Notes under the pieces: model-generated
What the model saw: the letters and a program-made list of their open reading frames with translations, nothing else
Told to the model about the DNA's origin: nothing
Databases searched by the model: none
Translations under genes and position numbers: made by a program
Part shown: piece after piece, positions 40,508 through 42,132 of the stretch
Numbering within the stretch: the first letter of the stretch is position 1
How the letters are laid out: every line of letters starts with the position of its first letter
Source: Pseudomonadota bacterium
GTDB taxonomy: Bacteria; Bdellovibrionota_F; JAHFAK01; JBDREC01
NCBI GenBank assembly: GCA_043820105.1
Contig: JBDREC010000088.1
Location: 62,001-104,132 of the forward strand
Direction of reading: 5' to 3'
Length of the DNA: 42,132 nucleotides

Positions 40508-41311
40508 TTATTTCTCTTTTAGCCAAAGCTCTTCAAAAGCGTTTAAGAGATTATTCTGAAAAATCGGATCATCAATGGCGCTTTCAATTAATCCTAGATA
40601 GGCATGCAAATTTGATATTTCATTAAAATCATCAATTCCAGCCAAAACGAGTTCTTCTTCAGCAAACAACTTCAAAGGATCAATATTATTTTTTGCAATA
40701 TCATATAATAATATTGCGCTATCAAATTGGGTCGGGCCATTTTCTGCTCTTCTTTGGAAAAATTCATCAGCAAGCATAAATAAAGCAGGGATCTCTGCAT
40801 CGCCCATGCCTAAATTGTCTATAATTTTAATTGGTTGTGAGGCAGGCTTTGAACCAGAATATCCCGGCCTAGGTCCAGCACAATTATCCGCGTAGCCTGA
40901 AGCACCACAGCCTCTACCTTTTGTACCCAAACCTCCAAAGCCAGAGGCTGAAGCTCCACCACCAAGACCTGATCCTCTTGAACCCAAACCTCCACTGCCA
41001 AACTGAATGCCTTTTGCGCCAATAAGTCCCCCAATTCCACCTAATAAGTCAGAATTCAAGCCATATGAGCTGAATACCTCTTCCAGCTCTCCACCATCTC
41101 GAAATGCTGCATGTAAACCGGAACTTTCAGCAATAATTTTATTAATATCGCGTTTGTCCGCTTCTCTCTTGTATGCAGGTGCCCTTTCCAGTTTTATAGG
41201 ATCGCAGTGTGTATCAGCCATTAATGAAAAAAACAGGTTGCTAATAAAAAATGCTCCTACTGCAAAAGTTAAAATAGTGTTTTTGAATTTTGTCTGTTTT
41301 GTAATAAGCAT
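40508..41311 (-). CDS. Exported protein with a GltG/AgmX-like glycine-rich tract
   Basis: N-terminal hydrophobic helix; GGIGGLIGAKGIQFGSGGLGSRGSGLGGG...GGLGTKGRG; GGAG RBS before ATG 41311. Confidence 0.6.
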   Translation of the reverse strand: MLITKQTKFKNTILTFAVGAFFISNLFFSLMADTHCDPIKLERAPAYKREADKRDINKIIAESSGLHAAFRDGGELEEVFSSYGLNSDLLGGIGGLIGAKGIQFGSGGLGSRGSGLGGGASASGFGGLGTKGRGCGASGYADNCAGPRPGYSGSKPASQPIKIIDNLGMGDAEIPALFMLADEFFQRRAENGPTQFDSAILLYDIAKNNIDPLKLFAEEELVLAGIDDFNEISNLHAYLGLIESAIDDPIFQNNLLNAFEELWLKEK

Positions 41312-41438
41312 AGAGGTCTCCAAGCATATTAATAATTGATTTTGTTCTAATATGCTCGGAATTTTTTATAAAATAGCTAGATTCTAAGCGAAAAACATAG
41401 ATTTTTATCCCCAAAACATAAAAATCTTTATTTTCATT

Positions 41439-41454
41439 CGCAAATATTGTACCA
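41439..41454 (-). promoter_or_regulatory. Sigma54-type -24/-12 promoter
   Basis: Minus strand TGGTACAATATTTGCG (GG-N10-GC). Confidence 0.55.
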
Positions 41455-41777
41455 AAGATTTTAAAATTACCAGCCACGCCATAAAACTCATCGAAAACAA
41501 TACGTTATGCAATGTCATCAAGCTTTTTATTAAAAACCATTTAGCCGTTCACACACATTCTTCTCAAATCCGAAAAATCTGATAGATATCACACAATATT
41601 TAAACCTTTTATTAATTGGTACTATTAAAATTCCTTAACACTTATAAACTTTGAAGGTGCCTGGAAATCCAAATAAAAGGCGCCTATGGAAAAGAAAAAA
41701 TAACCTTTATTGGATAAAAGGAACTAATTAAGAACAAAAAAGCTACAGGACGAGCTCTGGATAAAGTTGACTTTGAA

Positions 41778-41972
41778 TAACCAATAGACAAAAATGCTGA
41801 AACAAAAGGAAAATCCTTTCTTAAAATCGATTCTTTTCAGACTGGCAAAATCGATATCGTCCTTGTAGCCAGAGAAGGCAACACCGCCTGTCAAATACTA
41901 GGCAGTAAAAACGCACCATTCCATTCAGTCGTCGTCGGAATTGTAGATGATATATGTTTTTCAGCCGTTTGA
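41778..41972 (+). pseudogene. EutN/CcmL microcompartment vertex protein remnant
   Basis: Manual translation *PIDKNAETKGKSFLKIDSFQTGKIDIVLVAREGNTACQILGSKNAPFHSVVVGIVDDICFSAV*; no ATG/GTG/TTG start and no recognisable N-terminal third. Confidence 0.7.
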
Positions 41973-42069
41973 CAAAAATTGTCACCCTGCCTGTCAATTT
42001 TATTCCAATAATTACAACCCCTTAAAAAAGGTGACAATTTTTGTCACGCGGCCTGACAAAATTTGTCAC
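41970..42069. promoter_or_regulatory. Three TGACA-N5-TGTCA palindromes
   Basis: 41970-41984, 42032-42046 and 42054-42068. Confidence 0.65.
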
Positions 42070-42132
42070 TTTTTGCGTTTTACAGTTTTTTCTCAATTTT
42101 GCTTTTCAATAAAATGTAATATCTATTGTTCA

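Noticed and set aside
39975-41339. Plus-strand ORFs 39975-40400 and 41007-41339
   Set aside because: Antisense shadows of low-complexity coding regions, like the other short nested ORFs in the track.

Overview
AT-rich bacterial chromosomal window. The gene content (Tad-type pilins, FHA-GGDEF, MshEN proteins, sigma54-type promoters, a GltG/AgmX-like glycine tract) suggests a Deltaproteobacteria-like lineage; this is an inference. Most of it is housekeeping: dapE-like M20 peptidase, coaE, pyrG, valS, pgi, queG-xseB-ispA-dxs-dut, def-fmt-rpe, ispD, thiE-like/thiL, anmK and a MATE transporter. It also carries an ActP-like symporter cluster with a Cache-PAS-CBS-DUF294 nucleotidyltransferase sensor, a Fic gene and several orphan exported proteins. 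The most striking unexplained signal is a window-wide set of short tandem repeat arrays from five unit families (TAAGTGG, AATTATT, RAATACY, AGCAACY and the 8-mer CAAGGGAA). In the two best-represented families, one strand form sits just after stop codons and its reverse complement sits just before or inside gene starts. Three junctions carry both forms as inverted pairs. Arrays are translated in frame inside two prepilin leader peptides and two beta-barrel protein linkers. The window begins with a four-helix-bundle (23S rRNA IVP/Avd-like) gene lying directly next to one such array. Also seen: a GTAG-type REPIN, an unannotated EutN/CcmL gene remnant and several operator-like palindromes. No rRNA, tRNA or CRISPR array was recognised.
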